Below are positions 1-13,330 of a stretch of DNA of 64,000 bases, in pieces. Below the pieces are notes generated by a model that was not told the origin of the DNA, did no database searches, and saw only the letters and a list, made by a program, of their open reading frames with translations. Numbering within the stretch: the stretch's first letter is position 1; each line of letters opens with the position of its first letter. The position numbers and the translations under genes were made by a program. The stretch lies in assembly GCF_006345805.1 (NCBI RefSeq), contig NC_043013.1, forward strand, positions 10,354,001 to 10,418,000, in the 5' to 3' direction. The stretch is from Octopus sinensis. Lineage: Eukaryota.

Positions 1-642
1 AATAAGTGCGTTATTTCTACTGATATAAATCAACGTATTCGACCAGAGAACCACTTGCACTGTCTATATAGTAAGTACTTGAAGGTCACTCTTCCATGTA
101 AATATATATACATATATATATATATATAGATAGATAGATAGATAGATATAGATATATGCATACATACAGAGTCACACAGACTTGGACACAAAAGAGACAA
201 CATATGTGGATTATTTTTGTCTTCAAAGCCTTCTTTTTTTTTACCCACTCTTAATATTTTATCATATCATCATTCTATAACTATGAGTACAGTGACGTAT
301 CGCATGTCTAGACGTGTTTGATATTATCATCATAGGGAGAATGACCTCACTTTATAATCGTTCTTCCAAGCGAAAGATGCAGAGATGTTTACTATGATAG
401 AGAATAGAAAATAGACGTATATTTTTCACCTCATATAAAAAGAATATGAGTAAAAAAAAAGAATAAATACCAGATAAATGCAATAGTAATACTTGATAAA
501 GTAGTTTATACAAACATTGATGCAAAGTCACATTCCAATACATACATGCATACACACACATACACATACACACGCACACACACACACACACAAATATATA
601 TATATGTATGTAGTATGTATGTAGGTATATATATATGTATAC

Positions 643-700
<58 letters not shown>

Positions 701-756
701 ATTCATACATGTATATATATACGCATATGTATAATTGTGTGTATGTATGTATGTAC

Positions 757-804
<48 letters not shown>

Positions 805-852
805 TGAAAGTGGGACAAAAATATCTAGACACATACACATATATACAGACAT

Positions 853-895
<43 letters not shown>

Positions 896-2004
896 CAAAA
901 GGATATGTTATAATACTATTCCAGATACACAAATAGATCCATACCAACAATCCTCTATCATCAGCTGCCCCACAGATATCATTATGATTTCGACCCCTGT
1001 GCAGGATCATTCAATCAGGGGTGTATCAACAGCACTAAAATAAGTGTTATTTGGGAACAACCTTACCAAAGAAACTACAACATTCAAACACATTTACCCT
1101 ATGTACAACAGCATCGATAAATAAATTCAATAAGTAGATTACAACGAAACTTCGATAGGTAACTAAATGGCGACCAATCCATTAAGTCATACAAAAATTA
1201 TATTCCCAACTGTCTTCCATAATATAATGTAAAAGTGAAAGCTAAATAGCAAAATTCATTCATTCTAAATATAGGCTGAATTAAACAGTAGCTTTAAAAT
1301 TAAACTATAACAAAGAAACACATAAATTTATGCGCATATGTATGGGTATTAATAATAAACATACAATAACTAAATTATATACTAAATAGCAACCTAAGTA
1401 CATATAAATGATAATCCACCAGTCTTCCATAGTTACTACTATAATAAAAAAAAGTGAAAGCTATATATTCAATTCTCTCCAAAACAAAACACAATTGAAT
1501 TAAATTTAACGAATAATATAATAATTATGAGTGAAATGCATTATTTCATAATACAAAAGTTGATAATAAAACACTACATACTACATATATATTACCCTTA
1601 CAAGCTTTAATGTAAATTACCAGTAACTAATAGAGACATTAAATGCTATCATATAGGTACTAATAAATGTATACTTGTAATTAACTATTATTATGAAACC
1701 TTACTACGATCAAAGCTAAATTAAAACTGTTAAAAATTTAATATAACTACAAAGAATTGCATGTATTTTCAAACCTCTTTTACGTAAAAGACTATCTTAA
1801 CTATAGATGTCGTAGTACTTAATTAATTCTTGCTCTATTGTTTCAAACAATTTTGGTGACGTAGTGAGCAAATAACTTGAATCATAAACTTTCCAAATCT
1901 TTAGAAATATTGCCGAAGTTGAAGATTAGATACTACCCCATATTTATTTAAAATTTCAAGTCTCCCACCTAATAGCGATTAAAAGTTTTAATTAATTTAC
2001 CATA

Positions 2005-2413
2005 TACTTTTTTACTCTTTTACTTGTTTCAGTCATTTTGACTGCGGCCATGCTGGAGCACCGCCTTTAGTCGAGCAAATCGACCGCGGGACTATTTTTT
2101 GTAAGCTCAGTACTTATTCTATCGGTCTCATTTGCCGAACCGCTAAGTGACGGGGACGTAAACACACCAGCATCGGTTTCAAGCAATGCTAGGGGGACAA
2201 ACACAGCAGACACACAAACACACACATACACATATATATATACATATATACGACAGGCTTCTTTCAGTTTCCGTCTACCAAATCCACTCACAAGGCATTG
2301 GTCGGCCCGAGGCTATAGCAGAAGACACTTGCCCAAGGTGCCACGCAGTGGGACTGAACCCGGGACCATGTGGTTGGTTAGCAAGTTACTTACCACACAG
2401 CCACTCCTACGCC
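2005..2413 (-). mobile_element. tRNA-derived SINE family A, full length, inserted in the PLE relic
   Basis: Reverse complement reads ggcgtaggagTGGCTGTGTGGT..GGTTCAGTCCC (A/B boxes), an internal TA/TG microsatellite and a tail ..ggcggtgctccagcatggccgcagtc..gaaacaagtaaaagag. Many homologous copies in the window. Confidence 0.9.
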
Positions 2414-3470
2414 TATAAATATCTATACCATTGTTTTACTAAATGTCTTAACATTTATTTATTCTTTCTAAAACTTTATTAGCATTATAGTACTATAGCA
2501 ATTGTACTCTATCTAACAATTTGTCCTGCAAAAACACCATAACTAATAAAAGAAGGAATTCTACTACTGAACAATGGTATTGAAGCCACTTGGAAACCAA
2601 AATCTGTTTTAATATAAATGTCAGTACTTATTTCATTATTATCCTTAATTACTAAACTAACATGTCAATAATTAATATTGCTTATATCGTTACCATTTCT
2701 GGTGGTTATAAGCTCACTAGGGTATATTTTTCTGAGTATAAGTACAAAGAAACCATAACTAAGTATGAATATATCATTTATGTATCTGCAGCATCCATTA
2801 AGTTGCTTAAGTAAACCAGTCTTTTTCGTCGAAAATACGTCTTTAAGAAAAAGGAACTCGCATGAAAAAAGTCCGCCAACAGAGGGCTACAATTGCTGCC
2901 AATTGGAATCCCCTAATCTGCTCAAACACCCTACTCGCAAACATTACAAACGAATTATTTATAATAAAACTAATCATTTCTTTAATCGTTCTTTTACTTA
3001 CATCAGTATATCCCTAATAACAATAATTAGAGAAAAAACCTTTACCATTCTTTAAAGATATACATTTATATCCTTTATTAAAAATTATATCTAATATTCT
3101 AAAAATACCATCTTCCACACATATCAGATTCAAGTTCGTATATTGTGTCGAAAAATCATACACATACATACTCTTACATTTGATCAGTCTATCGGAGTAT
3201 TAGTTCATCTAATACTCCGAAAGTGATTAATTCCTGAACTGTTATAAATTTTATTACAATATTATTTTTAAATATGTTCTAATAACTTTTAAAGCATCAT
3301 TAATTAATATAGATAGCTGTTTATTTGTACAATTACTAGCTCCTGCTATGAATCTACTTTTAAAAAGAACTTTATGTAGTTTAGAAATCCAAAACAGTTT
3401 AGGGTTATTTATATCCTTTTCTTCCACTTCTAAACCACTCAAATTTTTTCTGTCGGTGTAAGTTTATTAG

Positions 3471-3635
3471 TGGAGACACATGGCCTAATGGTTACAAATT
3501 TCTCCCAATCTTTCCTCCTGCATCTTGCAGCTCACCTGCGACGGATCGGCGTCCCGTCCAGGTGGGGAACCTATACGCCAAGGAAACCGGGAAACCGGCC
3601 CTTATGAGCCAGGCGTGGTTCGAGAAGGAACAAAC
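3471..3635 (+). mobile_element. Internally deleted SINE (family F) inserted in the PLE relic
   Basis: Head stub tggagacacatggcctaatggttac is followed by a GC-rich body/tail ending gagaaggaacaaac. It interrupts the PLE RT frame. Confidence 0.6.
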
Positions 3636-4020
3636 ATAAGTTCTATTAACTAACTCATTAACATTTTCTGGTATAACTTTGTATGCGTTATTACCTATAA
3701 ACTTAAATTCCTTATCCACTCCTAACTCTTTACCTATAACCGTCATATAATATTTTTTACTAATTACTACAAAATTCCCTGCTGTTGTATCTGCTAGTAC
3801 TATTACATAATTTTTATATAATACATATAAGTGTTCTTTAACTAGTGGTTTATTCAAAACTGAATCGTTCCTTATCCACTTATATTTCTTTAAATGTTTA
3901 ACTACCATATAAGTTAATTTGCTAACCCAGCTATTGGACTCCTCCAATTTAACCTTATATTTGAGGTTTAATTAAACTATGAATTCATTAATGGCTTTTA
4001 ATATAACTTTCTTTAAATTA

Positions 4021-4335
4021 AGGAGATGTACTTGCATAGCGAGTGACTTGATCTGAGATCGTGTGCTGGAACGAAAACAATTGCAACGTGGAAGGTGTTT
4101 ATAAGCCATTTAAGAAACACACAAAACCGTTAGATTCACTTCAACATTTAAATTTAATTTGTCAAAATTTAATTAGTCAAAATTTAATTTGGCAACACGA
4201 AGCTTTGTCAGTGGACAGGTCGCGGTCTCAAAGCAACGAAAATATTTTGAAAAATTAAATTTAAATGTTGAAGTGAATCTAACGGTTTTGTGTGTTTCTT
4301 GAATGGCTTATAAACACCTTCCACGCTGCAATTGT
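4021..4335. mobile_element. Inverted-dimer short element with 13-bp target-site duplication
   Basis: Arms of about 87 bp (4074-4160 and 4252-4338) are near-perfect inverted repeats. tttctttaaatta is duplicated at 4008-4020 and 4336-4348. Confidence 0.8.
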
Positions 4336-4523
4336 TTTCTTTAAATTATATTTACTAAATTTACCTTGTTCTCTTTTTCCTTTTTCCCTTTTATTCATAA
4401 GCTCCCGTAGTTCCTTATTTTTTCTAATATCTAAATTTCCTGTATAAACGTGCCTTGTTTCTTTATAACAAAATTTCGAATTATCACATTTACAATCTTC
4501 TAAGTATATTTCTTTCAAATTTT

Positions 4524-4626
4524 CAAGGCACTGAAGTAGAAGACACTTGGTCAAGATGCCACGCAGTGGGAATGAACTCGGAACCATGTGGTTGGTAAGC
4601 AAATTACTTACCACATAGCCACTCCA
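4524..4626 (-). mobile_element. SINE family A head fragment
   Basis: Matches the 5' tRNA-like head of family A (reverse complement of ggagtggctatgtggtaag..ggttccgagttcattcccactgcgtggc). Confidence 0.8.
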
Positions 4627-5076
4627 TATCTTTTACTACATATCTTTCACATCTTCCCTGCAGGGAGAAGAGAATTTTTTCACTGACCCACAGACAAATC
4701 TACTTCGCGAAAGAAGGTTGGTATACTTGGAGTTCTGCTGTTAGTTCTATGTCGTTTACACAAAGCAGAAACCGTAAAAATGGAGCAAGCGACCGCGAAA
4801 AGATTTTCTCCACAGGATCGATGTGGTTTTTTTTTTGTTGTTGATTTGCTTTCAATGATCTTGGAATCTAATAAGACAATCGCATGCATATTTTTCATAT
4901 ATGCATACAGGCACGAACACAGATACACGCACAATTGCACGCATATCCACATGCATGCACACACACATACATGCATACATATACTCAAACATACATATAT
5001 ACACACATACACCCAACCAGTTAGAGAAATGAATAGAAACATACATATACATGTATACATATGTGTATTTAGGTGA

Positions 5077-5125
<49 letters not shown>

Positions 5126-5168
5126 GTATATATATATCTATGTATATATCTATGTATATATATGTATG

Positions 5169-5217
<49 letters not shown>

Positions 5218-5231
5218 TATATATATATATA

Positions 5232-5330
5232 ATATATGTGAGTGTGTGTATATACATATATAAATAAATATATATATATATAATATATATATATATATAT
5301 TATATATATATATATACATAATATATGTGA

Positions 5331-5365
<35 letters not shown>

Positions 5366-6329
5366 TATATATATAAATATGTATACATATGCGTGTGTGC
5401 ATTCATATGTATATGTGTGCATGTGTGTAGTTTTATATCCGAAATGAGACACAGAAAGCAATCGTGTATGTATGAGTGTTTGAATCTCCATGTGTCATAT
5501 ATATTAATTTTGATACGGAATGAGAAGTGTGGATGAGGTGGGTAAGCATTTCACTTCAAAGCTTTCATTTTGAAAGCTCTATGATTCATACGTGCAATAA
5601 TAATGTGTAATATACATACATGTATGAAGCTATGTCTGAGGATGTTCAAGGGAATTGTACTGACGTTGAGACAGTATATCTTAGACAATTAAGATAATGG
5701 ACTAATATCTTTGAAACAACAGTAAAAATAACAACAAAAGCAACAATAAGGACGAAACAAAATCAAAATAACAACAAATTCAAAAGCAAAAATAACAACA
5801 GAACCATTGACTTTAATTAAGTGAGGACAGAAACAACACCGCCTGCAACAGCGGAATTTAAAATAAAATGAAGTAATCAACAACCCAATCAAAGATACAA
5901 AATTAAATAAAATCATCATTAATTTAATGAATAGTGAAAGTAAAGCAGCAAAAAGAAAAGAAAATATTGGAGTTAAAGTAGAAGTTATAAAATTCTTCTC
6001 TGAAGAATTCCTGAACCAAACTTTGAGAAACTAACAGAAACTAAGCTCCTATATTAACCAGCCTGTCGTCGTCGATAGCAAGATATCGATTACGTCACGT
6101 GATATGCCATTCTTCATCCATCTGGTGGCTTGTGTCTGCTCCTTGAGAGCAAATAATCACCCAATAAATCTTCGTATCGAAACTCAATCGTTAATTCTTC
6201 GTGTTAATATTATTAAAACAAAAGGAGTGGAAGATTACAGATCCGGAGGCATAAACTAGGCAATGTACATATAAACATATATATATATATCTATGTATGT
6301 ATATGTGTGTATATATATTATATATATAT

Positions 6330-6376
<47 letters not shown>

Positions 6377-6461
6377 ATATATACATATATACATGTATAT
6401 GTGTATGTGTATTTATATATATGCATATATGTATACACACACATATGTATATATATATGTA

Positions 6462-6503
<42 letters not shown>

Positions 6504-6549
6504 ATATATGTGAGTGTGTGTATATACATATATAAATAAATATATATAT

Positions 6550-6597
<48 letters not shown>

Positions 6598-7599
6598 TAT
6601 GTGAGTGTATATATATATATATATATATATATGCATATATATATAAATATGTATACATATGCGTGTGTGCATTCATATGTATATGTGTGCATGTGTGTAG
6701 TTTTATATCCGAAATGAGACACAGAAAGCAATCGTGTATGTATGAGTGTTTGAATCTCCATGTGTCATATATATTAATTTTGATACGGAATGAGAAGTGT
6801 GGATGAGGTGGGTAAGCATTTCACTTCAAAGCTTTCATTTTGAAAGCTCTATGATTCATACGTGCAATAATAATGTGTAATATACATACATGTATGAAGC
6901 TATGTCTGAGGATGTTCAAGGGAATTGTACTGACGTTGAGACAGTATATCTTAGACAATTAAGATAATGGACTAATATCTTTGAAACAACAGTAAAAATA
7001 ACAACAAAAGCAACAATAAGGACGAAACAAAATCAAAATAACAACAAATTCAAAAGCAAAAATAACAACAGAACCATTGACTTTAATTAAGTGAGGACAG
7101 AAACAACACCGCCTGCAACAGCGGAATTTAAAATAAAATGAAGTAATCAACAACCCAATCAAAGATACAAAATTAAATAAAATCATCATTAATTTAATGA
7201 ATAGTGAAAGTAAAGCAGCAAAAAGAAAAGAAAATATTGGAGTTAAAGTAGAAGTTATAAAATTCTTCTCTGAAGAATTCCTGAACCAAACTTTGAGAAA
7301 CTAACAGAAACTAAGCTCCTATATTAACCAGCCTGTCGTCGTCGATAGCAAGATATCGATTACGTCACGTGATATGCCATTCTTCATCCATCTGGTGGCT
7401 TGTGTCTGCTCCTTGAGAGCAAATAATCACCCAATAAATCTTCGTATCGAAACTCAATCGTTAATTCTTCGTGTTAATATTATTAAAACAAAAGGAGTGG
7501 AAGATTACAGATCCGGAGGCATAAACTAGGCAATGTACATATAAACATATATATATATATCTATGTATGTATATGTGTGTATATATATTATATATATAT

Positions 7600-7646
<47 letters not shown>

Positions 7647-7723
7647 ATATATACATATATACATGTATATGTGTATGTGTATTTATATATATGCATATAT
7701 GTATACACACACATATGTATATA

Positions 7724-7770
<47 letters not shown>
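5232..7770 (+). repeat. Tandem duplication, unit about 1270 bp, two copies
   Basis: Non-microsatellite sequence about 5362-6285 recurs at an offset of exactly 1270 bp (ORFs 5689/6959 and 6191/7461 are identical). Breakpoints lie in (TA)n tracts. Confidence 0.95.
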
Positions 7771-7783
<13 letters not shown>

Positions 7784-7879
7784 ATACCCTGCGCCTGACT
7801 GCACATCACCATATCTAATTAACAATCATTACTATCATTATTAATAATAGTGAAGTAGGTATTGTCTTTATTAACATCA

Positions 7880-8580
7880 CTAACACCACCACCTCCACCA
7901 CCACTACTACTGCGACCACCACCACCACCATTATCATCATCTTCATCGTCACAAGTAGCAGCAGTGGCCGGAGTGGAAGTCATTACTGCCCTACCTACAG
8001 GAACCACCACGATCATCTTTTACTAAATGTCACCATACGCCTGAAGTCGCATCCTGTACAAGGTCTAACTGATCACCAACACAACCACCACCATCATCTT
8101 CATCGTCTTCATCATCATCATCGTCGGCATCATCGTCATCATCATCATCGTCATCATCGTCGCCGTCGTCGTCGTCATCATCATCATCATCACCATCATC
8201 CTCAACACTATCATCATAGTCGTCGGCGGTGCCGTGGGTGCTGTTCTTGTCGACTTCATTAGTATCAGATTTCATGCCACTTTGTTATCGCTATTGTAAG
8301 TTTTTAATTAATACCCTCACCGAAAATTCTAGCATGAATATAATCACTATCGTCGTCGTCCTCATACTTCCCCTCCTATTCCCCTCTTCATCATCATCAT
8401 CAACATCATCATCATTGTTTGCCAGTGTGCAGATTGCCGTAATCAAATCAAAACCTACCATGATGGTTCTCATCGTTATCAGCAGTTGATGCTAATGAAT
8501 GGATTGATAGTAATTACAACTACTACTACTATTACTACTACTACTATAATTATTGATGATGATGATCATGTTGATGTGTG
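7880..8580. repeat. Degenerate trinucleotide low-complexity region (CAT/CAC/CGT/ACT)n
   Basis: Direct inspection; it produces spurious poly-D, poly-G and poly-M ORFs. Confidence 0.9.
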
Positions 8581-8631
8581 ATATTGATAATTATAGCAGG
8601 ACTAACGATGATAACATCTCAGTACTTCAGT

Positions 8632-8863
8632 ACCTATTTCTTTACTACCCACAAGGGGCTAAACACAGCGGGGACAAACAAGGACAGACATAGGTATTAA
8701 GTCGATTACATCGACCCCAGTGCGTAACTGGTACTTAATTTATCGACCCCCGAAAGGATGAAAGGCAAAGTCGACCTCAGCGGAATTTGAACTCACAACG
8801 TAACGCAGACGAAATACCGCTAAGCATTTCGCCCGGCGTGCTAACGTATCTGCCAGCTCGCCG
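8632..8863 (-). mobile_element. tRNA-derived SINE family B, full length
   Basis: Reverse complement: cggcgagctggcagatacgttagcacgccggg..GAGTTCAAATTCCGC..gtcgatgtaatcgac..gccccttgtgggtagtaaagaaatagg. Near-identical to 32897-33133. Confidence 0.9.
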
Positions 8864-9081
8864 AGTACCTCAGTTTCAAAATAATGGATAACATTGTTAT
8901 TCTCGGTGTGATTTGAACTGAAAACGTAGAGTAACATTACTCAGTAATTTGAGTCATTTTGCTCTATGCCGAACCAGCCTTAATTTACTCCTCTCAAGGA
9001 TCAATGCATGGAATCCAGTATGTGTCATACAAAACAGGTTAGAGAAAATGTGGCGGTGTATATTATTCATTTGGCCGGAAC

Positions 9082-9452
9082 TGGTGGAAGTACTCCGTCG
9101 GTTACGACGATGAGAGTTCCGGTTGATCCGAATCAACGGAACAGCCTGCTCGTGAAATTAACGTGTAAGTGGCTGAGCACTCCACAGACTCGTGTACGCT
9201 TAACGTAGTTCTCGGGGATATTCAGCGTGACACAGAGAGTGACAAGACCGGCCCTTTGAAATACAGGTACAACAGAAACAGGAAGTAAGAGTGAGAGAAA
9301 ATTGTGGTGAAAGAGTACAGCAGGGATCACCACCATCCCCTGCCGGAGCCTCGTGGAGCTTTAGGTGTTTTCGCTCAATAAACACTCACAACGCCCGGTC
9401 TGGGAATCAAAACCGCGATCCTATGACCGCGAGTCCGCTGCCCTAACCACTG
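9082..9452 (-). mobile_element. tRNA-derived SINE family C, 5'-truncated, with 13-bp TSD
   Basis: Homologous to 49916-50302. atttggccggaac is duplicated at 9069-9081 and 9453-9465. Confidence 0.9.
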
Positions 9453-9499
9453 ATTTGGCCGGAACAAAACATCATATAATAAAGTAGTTTTAAAATTTG

Positions 9500-10012
9500 A
9501 CACAAGGCCAGCAATTTGGCTAGCAATTTCGAGTGGTGGGGCTAAGTCGATTACATCGATCCCAGTACGCAACTGGTATTGATTTTATCTACTCCGAAAG
9601 GATGGAAGGCAAATGCGACCTCAGTGGAATTTGAACTGAGGACGTAAAGACGGACGAAATGCCCAGCACGCTGACAATTCTGCCAACTCGGCTCCTTAAA
9701 ATGGTACAATGTATTCTTTTCTGCTCTAAGCACAAGGTCCGAAATTTTGGGGGAGACAGCCAGTCGATTAGATCGAACCCGGTACGCAACCGGTGCTCAA
9801 TCTACTGACCCTGAAAAGATGAAAGGCAAATTCGACCTCAGCGGAATTTGAACTCAGAACGTAAAGACAGAGTTCAAATTCCACCGAGGTCGACTTTGCC
9901 TTCCATCATTTTCGGGATCGATAAATTAAGTACCAGTTGCGTACTGGGGTCGATCTAATCGACTGGGAATCCTCCTCCAAAATTTCGGGCTTTGTGCCTA
10001 GACTACAAAAGA
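9500..10012. mobile_element. Cluster of SINE family B copies including a head-to-head inverted pair (9725-10012)
   Basis: Family B body appears on - (9500-9700, 9725-9855) and on + (9870-10012). The last two meet at gaactc-agaacgtaaagaca-gagttc. Confidence 0.85.
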
Positions 10013-10158
10013 CTATATTACGACTATGTTATGTTCTAATTAGCTTCTGTAAACTGGTGACAAATATTTTACTTGTAATAAATTTTGGTTCTAATCCAGC
10101 TGTAAATAACTGCCGATGTGGTCACTAGTTTCATTCATAAATTTTCATCTTCTTGCAG

Positions 10159-10242
10159 ATGTCATTGTATAGTGAATCAGTTTTAAACTCTGAACAACTG
10201 ACCGTAAGTGGCAGAACTGAGGACTGCTACAAAGTGACAGTG
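10159..10242 (+). CDS. Candidate exon of an unidentified host gene (MSLYSESVLNSEQLT[VSGRTEDCYKVTV])
   Basis: Strong acceptor tttcatcttcttgcag; donors ACC|gtaagt (10203) or GTG|gtaaat (10242). Only one frame is open. No homology recognised. Confidence 0.3.
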
Positions 10243-10417
10243 GTAAATATTATCGGAGGATTTGGACTTATCCAAATTAATCATTATGCAACAAAAAAAA
10301 TGGGTTTATTAGCAACAGTCCCTTAGATATACCACAGAACTGGTATTTAAAATGACATTTTTTGGTCTCATACATTCATTCTCTTCTGTTGCTTATCTAT
10401 TCCTTTCTCTGTATATT

Positions 10418-10821
10418 TCTATATATATATATATATAAAAGAGAGATAGTGTGCTGTCTGTCTCCTACGATTTAGATTCCTAACTACTCCCACATTTTGC
10501 GGTGCAGTGTAACCAAAAGCGGGTATCTTATAGTCGTGATTCATATCGAGCCCTTCTGGGTATTAGCGCGCGTCTACGATGAGTCTACGATTTAAAAAGA
10601 AAATTACCATCAATTTTTCACATTTTTAATGCATTTTTGGCATATATAAGGGAAGTAACTCTCTAAATATTTATTATTAAATCTCAGAACGTAAAAAGCT
10701 ACAGTAACACCCCCCCTTTGTGGTTAGCCACATTGAGATGGCTATTATACTTTACATCTCTAAAAATGCTTATATAGTTATTTCCCTTACAAACCCGAGC
10801 AACGCCGGGCGATACTGCTAG
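10418..10821 (+). mobile_element. Non-autonomous Helitron
   Basis: 5' TC end, 3' GC-rich hairpin (cccgagcaacgccggg) then CTAG followed by T. Homologous to 11480-11619 and 33849-34146. Confidence 0.85.
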
Positions 10822-11479
10822 TTTCTATATAAGAATTTCATGTATGTTTCTTACGTTGCCGTATTAAGCCTCATTGTACAATTCTTTGTTTGTTGATATT
10901 TTTGCTTTATATTTCCATGCTTTGCAGTCACAAACATTCGCATGTCTCGTTCTATATAGCATTTTAAATGTGTTTCTTTCTATTTTTACTTCAAGATTTT
11001 TGTGTAATTTTTATATATTCATAATTTACAGAATTATTTAACAAAGTAATTCGCCACTACTTCGCGGATTGATCATAATATAGCGATACACAAACACATT
11101 CACATAAATAAATGTATACGTGTGTACGAGCACGCATATTTACGCTTACATGATGTATGCGTATGTTCCAACGTTTAAATTAGAAACATCCTCGAAGATA
11201 AATGGAGAGAACGAGAAGTTAGTAGTAACATATTGTAATGCATACGCAAGCAGCATTTCTGTAGATAAGTTACTTCACTTGAGGCCAGCCTCCAGAATCA
11301 ACTTTTGATTTATGTTCGTAGTTTTAAGGTTACAGTAGCGGGTTTAAAGAGATAAGGGAATTTAGTGAATGTAGAAGACTAAAATGTGATTAAACTATTA
11401 TTTAAAATCTGCTGATTTCCTTTTCTATACAATAAAGACGAAACATTATATACTACCATATTTTATTTATATACTATTA

Positions 11480-11619
11480 CTAGCAGTATCGCCCGGCGTT
11501 GCTCGGGTTTGTAAGGGAAATAACTATATAAGCATTTTTAGAGAGTTATAGCCAAAAATTAGCAAAAAATGCATTAAAAATGGAAAAAAAAATGACAACT
11601 TGACTTTTATATATAAAGA
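11480..11619 (-). mobile_element. Internally deleted mini-Helitron (140 bp) retaining both termini
   Basis: On the minus strand: A|TCtttatatataaaag ... cccgagcaacgccgggcgatactgCTAG|T. Confidence 0.85.
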
Positions 11620-12572
11620 TATGCTATTATAATACGGCTCTGTTATTTCGTTTTATATTTTTTTTGCTTTTAATCGTTAGTATGTGGCCACAATGCGCGC
11701 TCCGTGAAGAGCATTGTTGATTGTTGTTATACAACGACAATAACAAGCGACCTAGGCAGGATTAGTTACATAAGCATAAAGAACTATGTTCTCTTTCGGT
11801 AATATACATATCTAAAGCACACATACAATACGTTAATACGTCTCTCTCACACTTTACTCGGTTACTTGTTTCAGTTAAATCACTTTGACCATGCTGGAGC
11901 ACCGCCTTTAGTCGAGCAATACCTACTTCAAATTCTGCCATTCCAAGGTGCATCAAGCAGTTTCTGCTTCATCTGAGACCCAGCATAGAATATTGCCCTC
12001 AAATCATGGACAGATCCCAACTGCTACTAACTATGGAATCCCCAATCGCATCTAAAAGTAGTACCGGGCTTAAACGGAAAAAAAATAAGTATTCAGGTCT
12101 ATTTGTTCGGTTACAATTCTTCAAGGTCGCAGCTTAATAACTGAAACTATTTAAAGGTAAAAGTTAAAAGAAAGACGCACACACATTTCGCTGGAATTTG
12201 AACTCAGAACGTAAAGTAAGCGAAATATCGCAAAACATTTCTCCCGGCGTGCTAACGTCTCTGCCAGCTACTACCACACACACACACATACACACACACG
12301 TAATGTGTCCATATGTAAGCAGCGGTTCGACATATTCATGAATAACTTCGGTATAATAATTCATTAATACCCTGAAACCATAAGTGGATGTTTGACCATA
12401 CCATATATATTTTGGCCGTTTATACACATCTGTTCAATATCTATAATACATGGCATAATAAATTATTGCTACTTTTAAACCATATCTTGATATTAACCTT
12501 TCTCATATAGACCGGCACTCTCATATATACACCTGTCTTCGTCTGTAAATTTCAAGTATGTATATATATATA

Positions 12573-12611
<39 letters not shown>

Positions 12612-12887
12612 AAATATTAGGGAATAAATCCAAACTTACAGGGAAAAATCAGATTTAGGATTAAATCCAATTTTATAGCATAAATATATTATACTATATT
12701 GTATTAAATTAGAGTTAAAACCACTATTAGGCAAATCAAACAATGAAAAACATAAGCCAATACATAAAATTACCTAGAAGTGATTGGAATATCCTTCAAG
12801 GATGAATTCCAAAATAGCGGTTCTATCTTACCTGTAAATTCCATAATTTACGAAGTTGAGATATTACACTCAATATACGTAATTTAT

Positions 12888-12992
<105 letters not shown>

Positions 12993-13077
12993 TATAGATA
13001 TATATATATATATATATAATATATATACATATATATACATATATATATACATATATATATACATGTACATACACATA

Positions 13078-13330
13078 TTCTTTTATTCTTTACTTGTTTC
13101 AGTCATTTTACGCGGCCATGCTGATGCACCGCATTTTAGTCATACAAATCGACCCCAAGACTTATTCTTTGTTAGCCTAGTACTTATTCTATCGGTCTCT
13201 TTTGCCGAACCACCTAAGTTACGGGACGTAAACACACCAGCATCGGTTGTCAAACGATGGTGGGAGGACAAACACAGACACAAACACACACAACACACAC
13301 ACACACACACACACACCACACACACATATA
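13078..13330 (-). mobile_element. SINE family A, 3' half
   Basis: Family A tail and body up to the internal CA microsatellite. Confidence 0.85.

Larger units (their letters stand above)
1930..4515 (-). mobile_element. Degraded Penelope-like element (PLE) reverse transcriptase ORF, interrupted by SINE and PLE-type insertions
   Basis: Minus-strand translations give CKCDNSKFCYKETRHVYTGNLDI, YVIVLADTTAGNFVVISKKYY..IGKELG, LFWISKLHKVLFKSRFIAGASNCTNKQLS, VYDFSTQYT and KIYPSEL...SYGVFAGQIVR. These match PLE RT motifs (GHV.TGDL, VPADKA.NN, YW.PKLHK..RFIA, FDFSTLYT, IYP.EL). Many stops and frameshifts. Confidence 0.85.

Noticed and set aside
349-1030. Short exon-like segments near the window start
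   Set aside because: Too short, strand ambiguous and no recognisable homology.
4200-4256. Hammerhead-like geometry (tttgtc..gtcgc/gcaac..GAAA) in the inverted dimer
   Set aside because: No CUGANGA-like core, and the stems are mismatched in this copy.
6064-6220. TG..AATAAA..CA segment resembling a solo LTR
   Set aside because: No target-site duplication and no independent copy outside the tandem duplication.
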